Positions 1 to 8,824 of a stretch of DNA of 55,816 bases are shown piece after piece. A program made the translations under genes and the position numbers. Source of the stretch: a virus (Duplodnaviria; Caudoviricetes); IMG/VR virus record IMGVR_UViG_3300048849_000180, positions 1 to 55,816 of that record, one strand, 5' to 3'. The notes beneath the pieces are model-generated. The model saw nothing but the letters and a program-made list of their open reading frames with translations. It was not told the DNA's origin and ran no database searches. Numbering within the stretch: the stretch's first letter is position 1; the number at the start of each line of letters is the position of its first letter.

Positions 1-1203
1 ATGCTCAAGGATTATAAATACGCCAAAGGCTACAAGGGTAAAACCGGTGATCCAAATGAAGAATGGTTTGCATACTTTTCCTTTATCAATCCTAAAACAG
101 AAAAATTTGAGAGAATCAAGGTCAAAGAAGGCCTTAACTACATTCATTCCCTCAGGGAAAAGGAAGCATACCTAAAGGATCTTGTGGACGAGATAAATAA
201 GGAGCTGCGAGCAGGATACAATCCTTTTCTGGTAGAAGCTAAGAAAGATGAATTCATTCACAAGATTAAGGTAGACAAGATCCTGAAAGAAAATCCGAAG
301 GTTCCTACGCTTTTAGACGCATTCAAACAGTTCCTGAGAACTAAGTCTGAGAAGGATCTTTCCAGGGCAACAATACAGGCATATGAAGGGTATATCGGAA
401 GGTTCGAATATTACCTCTTCGAGAACAAGCTTGCTGATGTTAGGCTGGATGGAATTGACTCCAGGTTTATCGGCGAAATGCTGAACTGGCTTAAACCTGT
501 CCAAAAATGGAATGGCACTACCTACAACAATCACTTAAACTTCTGGGTAACGCTATTAAACTGGTTCGCAAGAAAGCCTAGATTATGGATAAAACGCGAG
601 GAGTTTGACATCGGAACCGACGGCGAGCTCGAACCAAAACTTACAAAGCCTATGAAGAATCAGTATTTCGGTGATACTGTTGCTGCTCAGGTTAAAAAGA
701 AAATGGAAGCTTACCCTAAGCTTTTGTTCTTTTCACAGTTCATATACTACAGCTGTATGCGTCCGGAAGAAATTCGTAGGTTACAGATTGAAAACGTAGA
801 CATATCGGGACGTTATATAAAGATTGTAGGAAAAACGAGCAGCCGTACAGTCCCTATTTGCGATGAGCTTGCTGAGATGCTTAATAGCCTTGATCTCCAT
901 AAGTATCCATCGAGCTACTATGTAGTGGGGTATCAAGGTAACGTAAGTAAGATGATGCATAGCGAAAACTTCTTTACTCGAGTGTTCCGGGAAGATGTTA
1001 GAATTCCGCTAGGTTTGTCGGAAAACTTCACGTTATATGGGTTTAAGCACACAAGGGTCCTCCATCTGCTGAATGCGGGGTATTCTGATGCTGAGATCAT
1101 GAACCTAACTGGGCACCGCGATACGTCAAGTTACGATAAATACAAACGGGATCTTGTAAATCACATGGAGACAAGGCTTCGCGGGAAAACTATTGGGTGG
1201 TAA
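1..1203 (+). CDS. int: Tyrosine recombinase / phage integrase
   Basis: CMRPEE (R), VGKT (K), YGFKHT (variant of HxxRH), LTGH and C-terminal Y; SAM-like domain LSRATIQAY. Confidence 0.93.
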   Translation: MLKDYKYAKGYKGKTGDPNEEWFAYFSFINPKTEKFERIKVKEGLNYIHSLREKEAYLKDLVDEINKELRAGYNPFLVEAKKDEFIHKIKVDKILKENPKVPTLLDAFKQFLRTKSEKDLSRATIQAYEGYIGRFEYYLFENKLADVRLDGIDSRFIGEMLNWLKPVQKWNGTTYNNHLNFWVTLLNWFARKPRLWIKREEFDIGTDGELEPKLTKPMKNQYFGDTVAAQVKKKMEAYPKLLFFSQFIYYSCMRPEEIRRLQIENVDISGRYIKIVGKTSSRTVPICDELAEMLNSLDLHKYPSSYYVVGYQGNVSKMMHSENFFTRVFREDVRIPLGLSENFTLYGFKHTRVLHLLNAGYSDAEIMNLTGHRDTSSYDKYKRDLVNHMETRLRGKTIGW

Positions 1204-1269
1204 ATATCGGATTTTTTTATTTTTTTGAATACTAATATTAATGTATTATTGCAACCCTTAACCAAATAA

Positions 1270-1860
1270 ATGGACGCTTTTCTCACCTGGCTCAAAGAAT
1301 CGAAAACAGTAGCCGACATAATTACGGGCCTGTATTCTTCTGGAATTTTTCTGATTGTCTTAAGCCTCTTGAAGCCTAGGCTTAAGATTTGCGATAGGAT
1401 TGCTTTTCAGCTAGACAAGAATGCACCTGAAGGTCAAAAACTTCAATACAGCATTAAGGTATCTAACAAGTCTATTTTCTTTAGGATTTACGATATACAA
1501 ATAAGAGCTTGGACGTCTAAAATTGAGTCGTCAACAAACGCCGATGATATCTCTTACCAGCAAATAAAGTTAAGAAAGGAATATCAGTGGGTGCTAAATC
1601 GACTTTATATAGGTCACCTATTTCAAGATGTTTTTCTTAAAGACAAGAGATTGACCTCTAGAACCGATTATGCTGTTCAGTTTTTAACCTATGATGATTT
1701 AAGAGCAAAAATTAGAAACGGGAATTTTATTACAATTGAAATTATAGCAAAACATTCATTAACCGGTTTTACAAGGGTTCTAAGCAAGAGATATAAACAT
1801 GTAGACGACATCATCAAAGGCCCCTACTATAGTGGTAATTCTTGTAAAATAAAGTCTTAA
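1270..1860 (+). CDS. Membrane-anchored hypothetical protein (moron, possible defence/exclusion)
   Basis: 196 aa AT-rich ORF with an N-terminal TM helix, oriented opposite to the late genes. Confidence 0.75.
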   Translation: MDAFLTWLKESKTVADIITGLYSSGIFLIVLSLLKPRLKICDRIAFQLDKNAPEGQKLQYSIKVSNKSIFFRIYDIQIRAWTSKIESSTNADDISYQQIKLRKEYQWVLNRLYIGHLFQDVFLKDKRLTSRTDYAVQFLTYDDLRAKIRNGNFITIEIIAKHSLTGFTRVLSKRYKHVDDIIKGPYYSGNSCKIKS

Positions 1861-1952
1861 ACTTTTATTACACTATTGTGTTGTACAATACAAATGCATA
1901 AATTACCTTTAGCTAACCAAAATCTTAACCAGATGGATATAATCGCAAAGTA

Positions 1953-2017
1953 AATTGGTGTCCTTTAGAAGGACACCAATTATTAATAACACTAAGCCCC
2001 ACTAATGGGGCTTTTTT
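1953..2017. terminator. Perfect 13-bp hairpin followed by an intrinsic terminator
   Basis: AATTGGTGTCCTT-tag-AAGGACACCAATT (1953-1981); AAGCCCCA-ctaa-TGGGGCTT-TTTT (1994-2017), between convergent genes. Confidence 0.8.
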
Positions 2018-2021
2018 CATT

Positions 2022-2816
2022 TTAAAACCTTAGTATATCGTAACTGGCATTTATGCTTGGCTTCCATTTCGGATCGTTCGGGTATTTAGTATACCTCCCC
2101 TGAAAGCTGAAGCGGCCAACATCAAACCTCGCTGCAGGCCCATACCCGAATAGCTTTGTATCGGCATTGTAGGATATGTTTGCCTGGATTCGCAGGCCAA
2201 ACGTTGGCTGCTTCTGTTCAATTTCAACAAAGTCGGCTCCGTTGATTTTAAACATCGGATTATTGGAAGAAACTGAAAGGATGCTTTTCTTCGCGCCCAA
2301 GAACCAATCACGCTTCCAGTACTGGGTCGCAGTGATGTTCAGGTTTGCTTTGAAGTCTGCTCGAGCCACGGAGTCGATATCGTTAGGGGGCGTAAATTTC
2401 AGCTCCAGGCCATTCCCTGAATAGGTGTAGAATGGTCGGTGAGATGGATCAAGCTGCTGTTTAAGCTTTAAATTTTCAGCTTCTAAAGACGATTTTACAA
2501 CAAGGATCTGCTTAAGCTGCTTTGTTCGGATATCAAGCGCCATGGCCGTCGTGTCTATGATACCTTTAGTACTGGCATTGGATGAAAGGACTTCAACGGG
2601 TGCTTTATGCCCGGTCACATCGAAAATCACCGTCTCGATACCTTTGTCATCTACCTTCCGCGCGATTTCTTTGGCTTCTTTTAGAACCTGAGATTTGACA
2701 AGCTTGTTGCTTTGCTTGAATTCAGCCAGTTCTCTCGTGTTTTTGATGTAGTTATAGATCAGTACTCCGGCCGCTACGACCAGGATTATTTCTATTATGA
2801 TTCTTGCGTTCCTCAT
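2022..2816 (-). CDS. Lysis-cassette membrane protein (spanin-like)
   Basis: N-terminal TM, coiled coil, beta-rich C-terminus ending in F; follows holin and endolysin. Confidence 0.6.
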   Translation of the reverse strand: MRNARIIIEIILVVAAGVLIYNYIKNTRELAEFKQSNKLVKSQVLKEAKEIARKVDDKGIETVIFDVTGHKAPVEVLSSNASTKGIIDTTAMALDIRTKQLKQILVVKSSLEAENLKLKQQLDPSHRPFYTYSGNGLELKFTPPNDIDSVARADFKANLNITATQYWKRDWFLGAKKSILSVSSNNPMFKINGADFVEIEQKQPTFGLRIQANISYNADTKLFGYGPAARFDVGRFSFQGRYTKYPNDPKWKPSINASYDILRF

Positions 2817-2817
2817 G

Positions 2818-3156
2818 CTATTTCTCTTTTACAATGCTTTTTGCTTTCTGCCCCACAGTCGTTCGAATGGTGCTATCCAGTTCTTTTTTATCTTGTGCTT
2901 GTTGCAGTATGATTCCATTTTTTATCAGCAAGGCAGTTGTTAGAGCGTCTTTGTCGGCACGCGATTGCGTGAGCTCCTTGCGCAGCTCAGCCTTTTCCGC
3001 TTCACAGTTTTTATTCACCTGGTCGGTACTTGTGCCAAACCGGTAAACGAAGAACCACATAAGCGACAAAGCGACCATGAGCATGTAGGTTACGGGAGCC
3101 TTGACAATCTGGCTGAACGTTATTTTATTGAGTTGGTCTTGTACTTCTTCAGGCAT
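2818..3156 (-). CDS. Putative holin / lysis membrane protein
   Basis: Single TM plus coiled coil; its ATG overlaps the endolysin stop. Confidence 0.55.
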   Translation of the reverse strand: MPEEVQDQLNKITFSQIVKAPVTYMLMVALSLMWFFVYRFGTSTDQVNKNCEAEKAELRKELTQSRADKDALTTALLIKNGIILQQAQDKKELDSTIRTTVGQKAKSIVKEK

Positions 3157-3725
3157 TACAGTAGGGTAATTGCGTTATAAAATAATTTGAAGTATCCCTC
3201 AATCTGCTGTGCCTTATCTATACCGTTGATGATCCGGCGGGCATTTAGTGCGTCCGACTTATCGGCATGGAAATAGCTATCGAGGGATTTGCCTGTGAAC
3301 ATTCCGCGGATCATGCCTTGAAATAAAGCTTGGATGGCTGGTTCTAACGTAAGCATGAGATCAGGGTGATTAAGTAAGTCCATCTTCAGGAACTTGCCCA
3401 TTGCTTCGTAGTTTTCATACCATGTGAGCTGAACGAAGCCCCGGCCATAATAAATTTGATTTGGTGTAGTATACACCTTGCCGCTCATTTTAACCTTTCG
3501 GGCGTACGGTCTGCTGCCACCCTTGCCATATTCAGCTATTGGCTGCATCGTCTGCGCAGTTTCATGAAATGCTGTAGCCAAGATATAGGCTAACTTGCGC
3601 GGATCATTTAAACAAAGCCGGGTATATTCGGCCAGAATAGCTTCTATGCCCTCAAATTGCTTCGCGGTCATAGATCCTTTAAAAATAGTACTGCGTATAC
3701 TGTCGTAGAAAGCTTTCACATTCAT
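3156..3725 (-). CDS. Endolysin, GH19/lysozyme-like
   Basis: AYILATAFHET, YYGRGFVQLTWYENY and ARRIING motifs. Confidence 0.88.
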   Translation of the reverse strand: MNVKAFYDSIRSTIFKGSMTAKQFEGIEAILAEYTRLCLNDPRKLAYILATAFHETAQTMQPIAEYGKGGSRPYARKVKMSGKVYTTPNQIYYGRGFVQLTWYENYEAMGKFLKMDLLNHPDLMLTLEPAIQALFQGMIRGMFTGKSLDSYFHADKSDALNARRIINGIDKAQQIEGYFKLFYNAITLL

Positions 3726-3877
3726 GTTCCCCTCACTTATTTGTCTTTCACAAATTTACCCCCGGAAACAGGCTGCTTGAACTGCAATGCTTTAACAAAC
3801 TGCCTTTCTAAGGCATTTATATCTTTTTCATTTTCAATTAAGTATAAAATCAAGAAAACGCAATGTCCAGTACGCAA

Positions 3878-3911
3878 AAGCTCCCACTACCTGTTAAGAT
3901 AATGGGAGCTT
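3878..3911 (-). terminator. Intrinsic terminator after the GH10 gene
   Basis: AAGCTCCCA...TGGGAGCTT inverted repeat with a short A-tract on the left. Confidence 0.55.
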
Positions 3912-3931
3912 CCATGCCTTTAATTTGCTTT

Positions 3932-5212
3932 TTAGCTTTCGCTCAATATATCGGGAAGTATCACCGGGCTTTTGTAATCCTTATCGAAGATCACCGGGGC
4001 ATATACCGCCGGCTTTAGTTTATAGTTGTAGTAATTACCCTCATTGGTGTGCGACCAGAAGGTAATACCATATTGGAGGTCTTGAGGCAGTGACCGGAAG
4101 CCCTTGATAATTTCTTGGAATTTAGCCGCACGCTGCTCCTCGGTGGCCTCGGTGAATTTTACTTTCAAATCTAATTCAGACAGGTGAACAAGCAGACCAG
4201 CGGCCGCCATGCGCTCCAGCTGCTTTTTAAAAGTCTTGTAGTCCATTTTAAGGTTGGTGTGCATCTGGGAGCTGATACCATGCACAAGGCCTTTCTTCTT
4301 TAGCTGCCCAGCATAATCGATTACAACACCAGCTTTTTTGCTTGCTGTTTCAAAGTCATAGTCACTGATAAAGTTGTTTGCATCGGGTTGTACTTCAAGA
4401 ACCCACTTTGCTATTTGCTCGATGTATGTCGGGCCGATATGGGTCAAGGCATAACACGGGCGCAACGTTCCATTATCCTCATATGCTTCGTTCACGATAT
4501 CCCAGCTTGTTATGTCGTTCTTAAAGGTGCGAACCGTGGTTTGAACGGAATTCTTTAGCAGAGCAACGTACTTTTCCTTATCTTTTGCCGCCTCATGCCA
4601 GAACGCTGGCAGGTTCTTTTCTTGTGATGGCCAGACGAAACAGGTATGAGCATGAACCCTCATGCCGTTGTCGCTTGCGATCTTTACCAAGGCATTTGCC
4701 TGGCTGAAATCGAATACACCCTCTTTAGGTTGAACGTGCCCCGGCTTCATGCTATTTTCGCCTGTGACTGACCGGAAGTGTTTCGCAGTCTCTTGAATGG
4801 CTATCTTGTTCTTCAAATCAGCCTCTTTGAATGCTACGCCAAACTTTACACGCGAATCCTTTAATGTCTTTGCTACGGCTGGAATTGGATTAGCAGTTGG
4901 TGGTTCTATTGGCGGCTTCACGGCTGGTGGCGCCTGAATGGGAACTTCAACCTTTACGGGCGGAACAGGCTCTTGCTTCACGGGCGTTGGCAATGGCTGT
5001 ACCTTAACAGGATCAGGCTCTATGACAGGATCCGGATACTTTATAGGGACAGGCATTGGCGTTGGCACTGGTATTGGTCGTGGAGGGTCTACTTTTGTAG
5101 GTGCCGGCACCGGATCTACGACGGGTACTGGCTTTACTTTTACCTCATCTCTTGATCCTTTGAAAAAGGACGTGATTGCTTGAATTAGTCTTTTAAAAAT
5201 GTTTGTTTTCAT
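3932..5212 (-). CDS. GH10 (endo-1,4-beta-xylanase family) glycoside hydrolase with Pro-rich N-terminal linker
   Basis: TGENSMKP, VHAHTCFVW, WDIVNEA (acid/base E), GISSQMH, HLSELD (nucleophile E), GITFW. Confidence 0.92.
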   Translation of the reverse strand: MKTNIFKRLIQAITSFFKGSRDEVKVKPVPVVDPVPAPTKVDPPRPIPVPTPMPVPIKYPDPVIEPDPVKVQPLPTPVKQEPVPPVKVEVPIQAPPAVKPPIEPPTANPIPAVAKTLKDSRVKFGVAFKEADLKNKIAIQETAKHFRSVTGENSMKPGHVQPKEGVFDFSQANALVKIASDNGMRVHAHTCFVWPSQEKNLPAFWHEAAKDKEKYVALLKNSVQTTVRTFKNDITSWDIVNEAYEDNGTLRPCYALTHIGPTYIEQIAKWVLEVQPDANNFISDYDFETASKKAGVVIDYAGQLKKKGLVHGISSQMHTNLKMDYKTFKKQLERMAAAGLLVHLSELDLKVKFTEATEEQRAAKFQEIIKGFRSLPQDLQYGITFWSHTNEGNYYNYKLKPAVYAPVIFDKDYKSPVILPDILSES

Positions 5213-5234
5213 AATCTTATGATGTAAATATTTG

Positions 5235-8200
5235 TTAAACTGCTCCGACTAAAGACGCCTTGGTGTACCATCGTGTACCGATGAAAATAAAAGTCAATCC
5301 TATCAGTGGTAGCCCGGATATTATTGCCTGGCCTAATTGGTAATTAGTTCCGCTTGCATTAACTGTCGGGTAATACCCTGATCCTCTAACTGTAACTTCG
5401 CGCCCGTTAGGAATGTCGGTAGTTGGTAATACGAATGTGTAACCGGCTGATCCCGATGTAAAAACAAGCGTATTATCGTCCGACTGTAAAGAATATGGCG
5501 CGGTTACCGTCTTAGCAGCAATAGTACCGGCGTTGGTGTTTGCTCCCCGTATTCCATTTTGATCTATGATCAATGGATTATTTCCGGCACCAATAGTTAG
5601 GGTTCCAGTCGTGTAAAAACCGAATGCGCTCATGGTGGATTTATCCCCCGCACCATTAGTCATGCCTAATCCCGCCGTGGTTTCGCGTAACGTAACACCA
5701 TTATTGATATCTGCCGGTGTAACCCTAACAGCCGAATCGTCATCTAACTCTGCTAAAATCAAATCGGATGCACTATACAACCTCAAATTATTTTGATCGC
5801 CATCAATAACCACCCTTTTATTTCCAGGTGTATTTGTAGATAAGTATCTCACCCCGAGATTATCGATGTATGCCAATTGTGCTAGGAGCAATCCTGTTGC
5901 TATGCTATCGAACTGGGCACCGGCCGCATTCCACTTAGTGGTATTTGTAGGTAGGATGTTTGAAAATGAACCAGCATCGCTACGTGTGAAATAATAGTTC
6001 CCATTGTAGTAGACCGCCTGCACTAAGTTGGCGTTACCCTGATATGTTTTAGTCGAACTATAAACACCGGTATAGGTTAAAGACGGACCGGGCCCTCCGT
6101 TGGTTCCGTTTGTTCCATTAGTACCATCACGGCCAGGTGTTCCAGGCAAGCCATTGACGCGAACTGGCGTTGACCATGTGCCGATCAAGGCGTTCGTGGT
6201 TCCGTTCTTCATTGCTGAAGTCATCCATAAATATTCTGCGGCGGCAAGAGTAGGTTGCGCAATCGTCCAGCCCGTAGGGGCTGTATCTGTGTTTACAAGT
6301 GATGGGGCCGCTGTTGTACTTCCGTTCTTTTGAAATCGGAATTCCATGTAATTACCGGCCGCCCCGGCGGATCCTGTGCCGTTGGTTCCGTTGGTGCCAT
6401 TCATGCGCGCTGGAACAGACCACGTACCTACAAGCGCCCCGGTTGCTCCAACCTTAGTAACTGAAGTGACCCACATAAACTCACCGGTGGCTAAAGTGGG
6501 CTGTGTTGTAGTCCAACCAGTAGGTGCGGTCGCGGTGTTTGTAAGTGTTGGCGCTGTTGTGGAACTGGTATTTTTCGCAAATCTAAATTCAGTATAGTTA
6601 CCGGCGGCACCCGGCGTTCCGGGCGTTCCCGGCGAACCGGGTGTTCCAGCAGCTGAAGTTATATCCCAAAACTCATTATCGGCCGGGGTCTGTCCGGCGG
6701 CTGGCTGATCATTTACATATAGAAATGTGGTGCCGTTGTAAGTAACACTATCTCCCTTGTAGTAGGTAGCAGTAGCATTATAAGGACCTCGATATACCGG
6801 CACTGGTGCGACTACTCCGCTACCGCTTTGAAACAGAGCTCCTCTAAGTGTTAAGGTGTTTGGCTTGGTCACATTGTAGTCCAGGCCATTTGCCGCCGTT
6901 CCCAGGTTGAATGAGTTGGTAGTCAGGTCAAAGTAGTTGTACCCGTCATTTGACACGATCCGGCCGGTCCTTATGTTGTCGCCGACAATGGCAGTATACC
7001 CCTTTGTAGATGAGAAAATACGGGTGCCTTCAATTATTGAGGAAATAATTCCAAAGGGTATGTAGTAAACATCCGGATCCGAGTTCGGTCCGATTTTAGA
7101 AGCAGACAATACGATTTGCCCGCCGAAGTCCGCTTTCCTTGCTTTGATGTATACATAGTAGGCCTGGTTATTTGCAAGTGAGGTTTGGTAAGCCGGAACG
7201 TTCCAGATACCATCGTGCTCGGTGAACTGCTCGTGATACACGGTGCCGGCAGAAGTAGAAAAAGTATCTTTAGTAGTTTTTGCTACAATGTCCGTGGTAT
7301 ACGCGCCGCCATCAACCATGATCAGAAGCATCTCCGCTCTCAAAGCATCCAATAGCGTAGCAAGCTCTTCAGTTGCTTTCCAGTTCTCCCTGGCAGATTT
7401 TAACCGGTTCTTATCTATAGTAATGACATCCTGCTTCGCCTTGTCAATCTCAACTATGACCTTTTCGGTTATCGAAAGCGGTATTACATCGGATAGAACG
7501 AATGTGATTTTATCAGGATTGACTAAGGGTAACTTGACTGATGAAACCCGGATATTCGCATCTATTTCTAAATCTTCGTCTTGCATGATCACCCGGTCAC
7601 CGGCATTTACCCGGATCCCGTTGTCGCGCATGTATTTTGGATCAACTTCAACACTGTAAGGCGGCGTTTTCCTTTTTACATCGTTGAGTATTTCTGATCC
7701 TCTTTCTTTAAGGTCAGCTTCAGCGGTTTCTACATAGGTCTGCGGCATATCGATGCCGGCTAAAAAATACTTATCGCCCGGATTGATGGAAAATGTATTA
7801 TTCGGCCGGACATATCCATCTGCCTCAACTATTGGCAAAAGCGTTATTGTCTTAGTTGAACTGTTGTAGCCCCCTATCTCGAACGACTGGCCACCGTTTT
7901 CCCCACTAAGAATCTCTACCGTTGCTTTTACCCCTTCAATGCGCTTTCCATTGATATCAAAATTGATGGAATCATCGGTGATGCTTAACCAGTCATCGCC
8001 CACAGATGTGATTGTACCGACGCGCTTAGGAAAAATATCATCGATCACAACCGACTTTGCTCGGCGTTTACTGCCGCCGGTTAATGGCAGCTCAAGATAT
8101 GGTACGTCGATCTGCAAGCGCTTGGCTCCATTCCTGTAACCATAAGGGATATTCTTATCTGATCCTTGGATATAAAGCCTGTTGAAGTAGTCTACATCAT

Positions 8201-8804
8201 CAATCTGTCCTCGACTTACTTTGTATAAGCCTCGCCCACGGCCGCATTCAAACTTAAGTCCGGTAAATCGCCCGGCCATAGCGGTTAAATTTATTGTTTT
8301 TCCGACCAGCCAGAACTCAAGCTTAAACGCTTCAGCAATTTTGATCAAGGCTCCTTTACACGAGTAACCTTTCCCGGATTCGAAGAAGTCCATAGCGACC
8401 TCATCTGCGTCGTCAACTTCACCGATGGTCCAGCCTGGATCAATGCTGTTCATGCAGTCAATCAATATCTGCAAGTACATTCTTGGTGTTCCAAAATAAG
8501 AGAACTCAAGTGACCCCAGGTGCATGTACGGCATATCCAGTAGATTGTAGATATAGCCTTCGAATGTTATATTATAGGTTAGGTCTGCGCTACTCTCCTT
8601 ATCAACTGGCGGCAGCGGCCTATTTATCGTAAAGCGCTCACCTCTGAATTCGATATAATCCCCTTCGTTAATGTCAAGGGCGGCATCACTGATGAAACTG
8701 CAGGTTATAATATGCTCCCCCATCACCGCCTGTGAGAAAACGGTATTCTCATCAATAGGCAGTAAAAGGTGTGCAGCTCCGTTTCTATATAATTGAATGT
8801 TCAT
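5235..8804 (-). CDS. Tail tip / host-specificity (Tal/central fibre-like) protein
   Basis: 1189 aa; baseplate-hub-like N-terminus, GxY...YxxGD modules, G-X-X collagen-like stretches, internal repeats. Confidence 0.85.
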   Translation of the reverse strand: MNIQLYRNGAAHLLLPIDENTVFSQAVMGEHIITCSFISDAALDINEGDYIEFRGERFTINRPLPPVDKESSADLTYNITFEGYIYNLLDMPYMHLGSLEFSYFGTPRMYLQILIDCMNSIDPGWTIGEVDDADEVAMDFFESGKGYSCKGALIKIAEAFKLEFWLVGKTINLTAMAGRFTGLKFECGRGRGLYKVSRGQIDDVDYFNRLYIQGSDKNIPYGYRNGAKRLQIDVPYLELPLTGGSKRRAKSVVIDDIFPKRVGTITSVGDDWLSITDDSINFDINGKRIEGVKATVEILSGENGGQSFEIGGYNSSTKTITLLPIVEADGYVRPNNTFSINPGDKYFLAGIDMPQTYVETAEADLKERGSEILNDVKRKTPPYSVEVDPKYMRDNGIRVNAGDRVIMQDEDLEIDANIRVSSVKLPLVNPDKITFVLSDVIPLSITEKVIVEIDKAKQDVITIDKNRLKSARENWKATEELATLLDALRAEMLLIMVDGGAYTTDIVAKTTKDTFSTSAGTVYHEQFTEHDGIWNVPAYQTSLANNQAYYVYIKARKADFGGQIVLSASKIGPNSDPDVYYIPFGIISSIIEGTRIFSSTKGYTAIVGDNIRTGRIVSNDGYNYFDLTTNSFNLGTAANGLDYNVTKPNTLTLRGALFQSGSGVVAPVPVYRGPYNATATYYKGDSVTYNGTTFLYVNDQPAAGQTPADNEFWDITSAAGTPGSPGTPGTPGAAGNYTEFRFAKNTSSTTAPTLTNTATAPTGWTTTQPTLATGEFMWVTSVTKVGATGALVGTWSVPARMNGTNGTNGTGSAGAAGNYMEFRFQKNGSTTAAPSLVNTDTAPTGWTIAQPTLAAAEYLWMTSAMKNGTTNALIGTWSTPVRVNGLPGTPGRDGTNGTNGTNGGPGPSLTYTGVYSSTKTYQGNANLVQAVYYNGNYYFTRSDAGSFSNILPTNTTKWNAAGAQFDSIATGLLLAQLAYIDNLGVRYLSTNTPGNKRVVIDGDQNNLRLYSASDLILAELDDDSAVRVTPADINNGVTLRETTAGLGMTNGAGDKSTMSAFGFYTTGTLTIGAGNNPLIIDQNGIRGANTNAGTIAAKTVTAPYSLQSDDNTLVFTSGSAGYTFVLPTTDIPNGREVTVRGSGYYPTVNASGTNYQLGQAIISGLPLIGLTFIFIGTRWYTKASLVGAV
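6150..6612 (-). repeat. Two tandem ~75 aa repeats in the tail protein
   Basis: GAAGNYxEFRFxKN...TAPTGWT..QPTLA..E..W.TS..K.G.T.AL.GTWS.P.R.NG occurs twice; bounds approximate. Confidence 0.8.
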
Positions 8805-8824
8805 ATTGCTTTTTTTGAAACGGT

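Noticed and set aside
2051-2311. Embedded o-spanin
   Set aside because: No signal peptide or lipobox.
4900-5150. Repeat array in the Pro-rich stretch and its + strand ORFs
   Set aside because: Low-complexity linker coding; the + strand ORFs are antisense shadows.
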